A DNA stretch of 42,574 bases from Catajapyx aquilonaris (taxonomy: Eukaryota). The notes under the pieces were generated by a model, which saw only the letters and a program-made list of their open reading frames with translations, was not told the origin of the DNA and made no database searches. Shown one piece after another: positions 39,555-42,574 of the stretch (its first letter is position 1; every line of letters begins with the position of its first letter). Location: contig KZ538190.1 in the NCBI GenBank assembly GCA_000934665.2, positions 62,001 to 104,574 on the forward strand. The letters are read 5' to 3'. A program made the translations under genes and the position numbers.

Positions 39555-40450
39555 CACGCGTTTCGGAGGAAACCGTTTTATGGCGCCCAGTGTGTGGCGG
39601 ATTGTGCTGCACTATTCGCGGAATATTGTTCGGTGCACGATACAAATCCTGCAACACTGTTGCTCGTGAGAACTAAGAAAACGCGATGTTCACGCAAACA
39701 CTCTGCTAGGATTTTCTGAATAAAGATTTCATGCGTAAGTTTGACACACGCAAGTGTGCGACGTGAGATAAAGCCCTTGCCTATATACGACATTCCGATA
39801 TACGGAAACCCGCTGCAAAGTTCCGCAGTCGCAAAGCTGTCCTGGGAGCCTTCTATTTATACACCGTATATACCTAGCCTATACACGACGCTTTGCACAT
39901 CATAAAAGCTTTTCATTGATTTTAGGACAAAAAAATTCACAAAGCCATACAGTGAAAAGCATAAAGATGCTTCCGGAGACGTCTTTCTCTACAGAATATC
40001 AACCTATAACCCAGTACAAACCTATACACCGTATACTTCTCTACACCTGCCAACAAACTCATTTTTTTGCTGTGCTCTTCACTGGAAGAGAACCAATCAA
40101 GGCTTCCTTTCAACCGCTTGGTTACACGTGATCTCAAATCAGAGGACACTCACATCGCATTCATAGCTGCAGTCAAGCGTCAAAATGTTCTGACAAAAGT
40201 ATGTAGGCCAAGTCAAAAAGTGTGACTCCTGCTGGGGGTTTCATAATGAGTCAAATAAAGGGCGCTGGTATAAAGATGTCCTTTGGAAGCCCAAGTGACA
40301 CTTCTACATACATACAGAAGTTCAGTCTAAAAGTTTGTCCGAATCATTATGATACACCTTGTGATAAAGCCGCATCCCAAGTGGCTCATCTGCAAAATAA
40401 AGTATTATTCGCCACAATTCCTTGTTTCTGTATTTCTCTTTTTCCTTAAT
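39555..40450 (-). pseudogene. Highly decayed Penelope-like retroelement (RT C-terminus + GIY-YIG endonuclease + hammerhead remnant)
   Basis: Motifs in the expected order across frameshifts: YFADE, LNFCMYVE, GHLYTS..YL..SH, SVVYRL, CDCG, SYIGK..RTL..LREHR..NSVA, then GG-tttcct-CCGAAACGCGT (hammerhead stem II/III remnant). Confidence 0.5.
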
Positions 40451-41079
40451 TCTCAATGGCATAACTCTATTAACAAAACAGAGTCGTGACAGCTAGTAAC
40501 AAGTGTCAGAGACTCCACGTTTCATATTAATGAATTAGGTTATGCATAATACATTACGTTATAGAAGTTGGTTCCTTCGCACTCCCAGCAGACTCGGCAG
40601 TTTGCCACTGTCAATCCTCTGCCCACTAGTGCGCACAAGTCACATGTTGTATTATTGGCTACTTTGCGCTTGTCCTGTTCTGAAGCAACTTAAGCACCTT
40701 TTTTATATAAATGGAAAAGATACAATTTGTCAGCATTATGTATGGTGTCTCACACTCACTGTCCGTTTCAGTTATTGATTTTTCGCACTAAGCTGCTTGA
40801 AAGCAATACTTTCGAACAGAGGCTGACTTAAATATTGGATTCTGATATTAGGTTAAATAGTATCATTTTCCACCAGTTCATGGCTCACACTGAGAACGAC
40901 CCACTTGGAACCATTGACACTTCAGGCCAAGAGCAGAACCAGTTTTTTGCCGGGTAGACCTGCAGTGCAGTGGTTGAAAGAATGAGTCCATTCAATCGAA
41001 TATAGCAGCTATAGTATTTTTCTCTAAAAGTATAACATCTTAATAATACTATATAAGCAACTCAGACACTACCTGAAAT

Positions 41080-41366
41080 GAGCACCCAGTGACTTTCCGA
41101 GTTTGATCTCCGGGTCAGAGAGAGGACTGTCTCATGATTGTAGAAAAGAGTTTCGAGAAGTTCTTTTCGTGTTCGAGTGGGTTTACTCGGGGGGGAAAGT
41201 TCTCGAGTTTCCTCCCATTGTCCAAAAACTGTTCTTTTCCTTCTTCGGTGTCACACTTGAGTGTCAGCTCTCTTCCTTTCCTGATTCTGTTACATGGTCA
41301 TGCTTATTCTGTTGCTGCGGCAAAAATGCCCCTTCTGGGGTCAGAACACCTGTTTACAATAAACCA
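41080..41366 (+). mobile_element. tRNA-derived SINE (V/Meta-like core), copy 2
   Basis: Shares GAGGACT...AAAGAGTTTCGAGA.GTTCT...TTTACTCGGGG...AGCTCTC.TCCTTTCC...AAT.AACC with copy 1; B-box-like GAGTTTGATCTC. Confidence 0.65.
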
Positions 41367-42574
41367 GGTGACTATATACTGTTTTCATATTCAATCAGAA
41401 TTAGCAGAAATATGTAAAAACTTGGAATGGGGCCTGTATATTTCTCGGTTATCCATATTTGCATGCCAGCTTCTCATAATTATGTAGGGCATAAATCAAA
41501 CGCAGCCGGCTGCATTCATGCTATGCGAGAGAATAGAATACTCTGTACTGTACATCCAGAAATACTGTCACGCGCAGCATACATATATATGCTCGAATAT
41601 ACATATACTCCCAGATAATGTAGAGTTGGCGGGAGGGAGGAAGGGGGGAAGGGGGGAAGGGTGTATTATAATTATGACATGACAGACACGCATGATTTAG
41701 TATCCCTGGATACTAGAGGGCAAATGTGCATTTGCTAAACGTTGCACTAAAAAAAACTTTATCAAGCGGTTTTTAACTAGTTAATTCTGGACCGCAATTT
41801 TTGCTAGCGTTTGAAATGGTCTCGCACGGTTCATTTAGAAACCAAATTCACGGAGCCTATGGGTGGCAGAAAATGTTGTTTATTACAAAAAAAAAGTATA
41901 AATCAGTCCCGACCTTTTACATTCGGTGCATATTAAAGTCGCGAACTATTTTTTCGCTTATTACCACTGTCACCAGACAAGAAGTTCGAATTAAGCTCCA
42001 TCTTCACAATATCTGCAGTGATAATGTACCGTGTGGGTGAAAGTTTTTTTTAGCGGTTCTCGGTGTTATACTGCATGAAGCGTATCCTATAATGCGCCAT
42101 AAATAAAAGAGGAGGCGCAACTGTGATGAAAACAAGATTAATTACGAAAAAAAGTTCAATATTTGAAAGTGTGTGATAATGAACCTAATTCAATGATAAT
42201 CCCATCCGCTTTGTGGTTATAAACAATATGTAGTGAAATAATGATAGACTATATGGATAATAACGGTACGACATTTCACACGCTCTAGCACAGACACCTT
42301 CCGACTATAGGTGACTATATAGGCTGGATAACACTACATTCTCATTAGTTTCCACTTATAACAGGTGTAAAAGACTTATAATAAGTGGAAAAAATGATTC
42401 ATTTTAAGTGGACACAACGAGAGTGTGTAGACATGAACATAACACAGTGTAACGAGTGTAGCATAGCTGTTGTGTGAGACGAACTCCCCTGCTTTTACCT
42501 CCTGACCAATAAGATGAGACGGAGAGAAGCATAAGTAATGGGCCCCTGCTTCATGGGACTTAACAAAAGTGGGT

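Noticed and set aside
1..42574. CRISPR array, prokaryotic operon, rRNA or intact tRNA genes
   Set aside because: No regularly spaced repeats and no long ORFs; tRNA-like boxes occur only in SINE heads.

Overview
Eukaryotic, mostly non-coding animal DNA, probably from an arthropod or other protostome (inferred from the TCAGTT initiator, a Nin/Deu-type tRNA SINE and abundant CpG). There are no long ORFs, operons, rRNA/tRNA genes or CRISPR arrays, and nearly all listed ORFs look like noise. The left ~12 kb appears to hold one minus-strand gene: an Inr at ~11855, a first exon encoding a signal peptide (MKFRYPLHLAAAALFVLIT, phase-1 donor), a ~10.9 kb intron and three small candidate exons at 739-132. 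These predict a small secreted protein that I do not recognise (85 or 72 aa depending on acceptor choice). The remaining ~30 kb is intergenic and rich in transposon debris: a young Tc1/mariner MITE, other MITEs and foldbacks, two SINE families, a short retroposon tail with TSD, decayed Penelope, Tc1/mariner and possibly gypsy coding relics, degenerate hammerhead motifs and an (ATT)n microsatellite. Two motifs are enriched by manual count: TACAGTA/TACTGTA (>=36 copies, matching Tc1/mariner excision footprints) and the CRE palindrome TGACGTCA (9 copies). All gene models are read by eye and are unverified.
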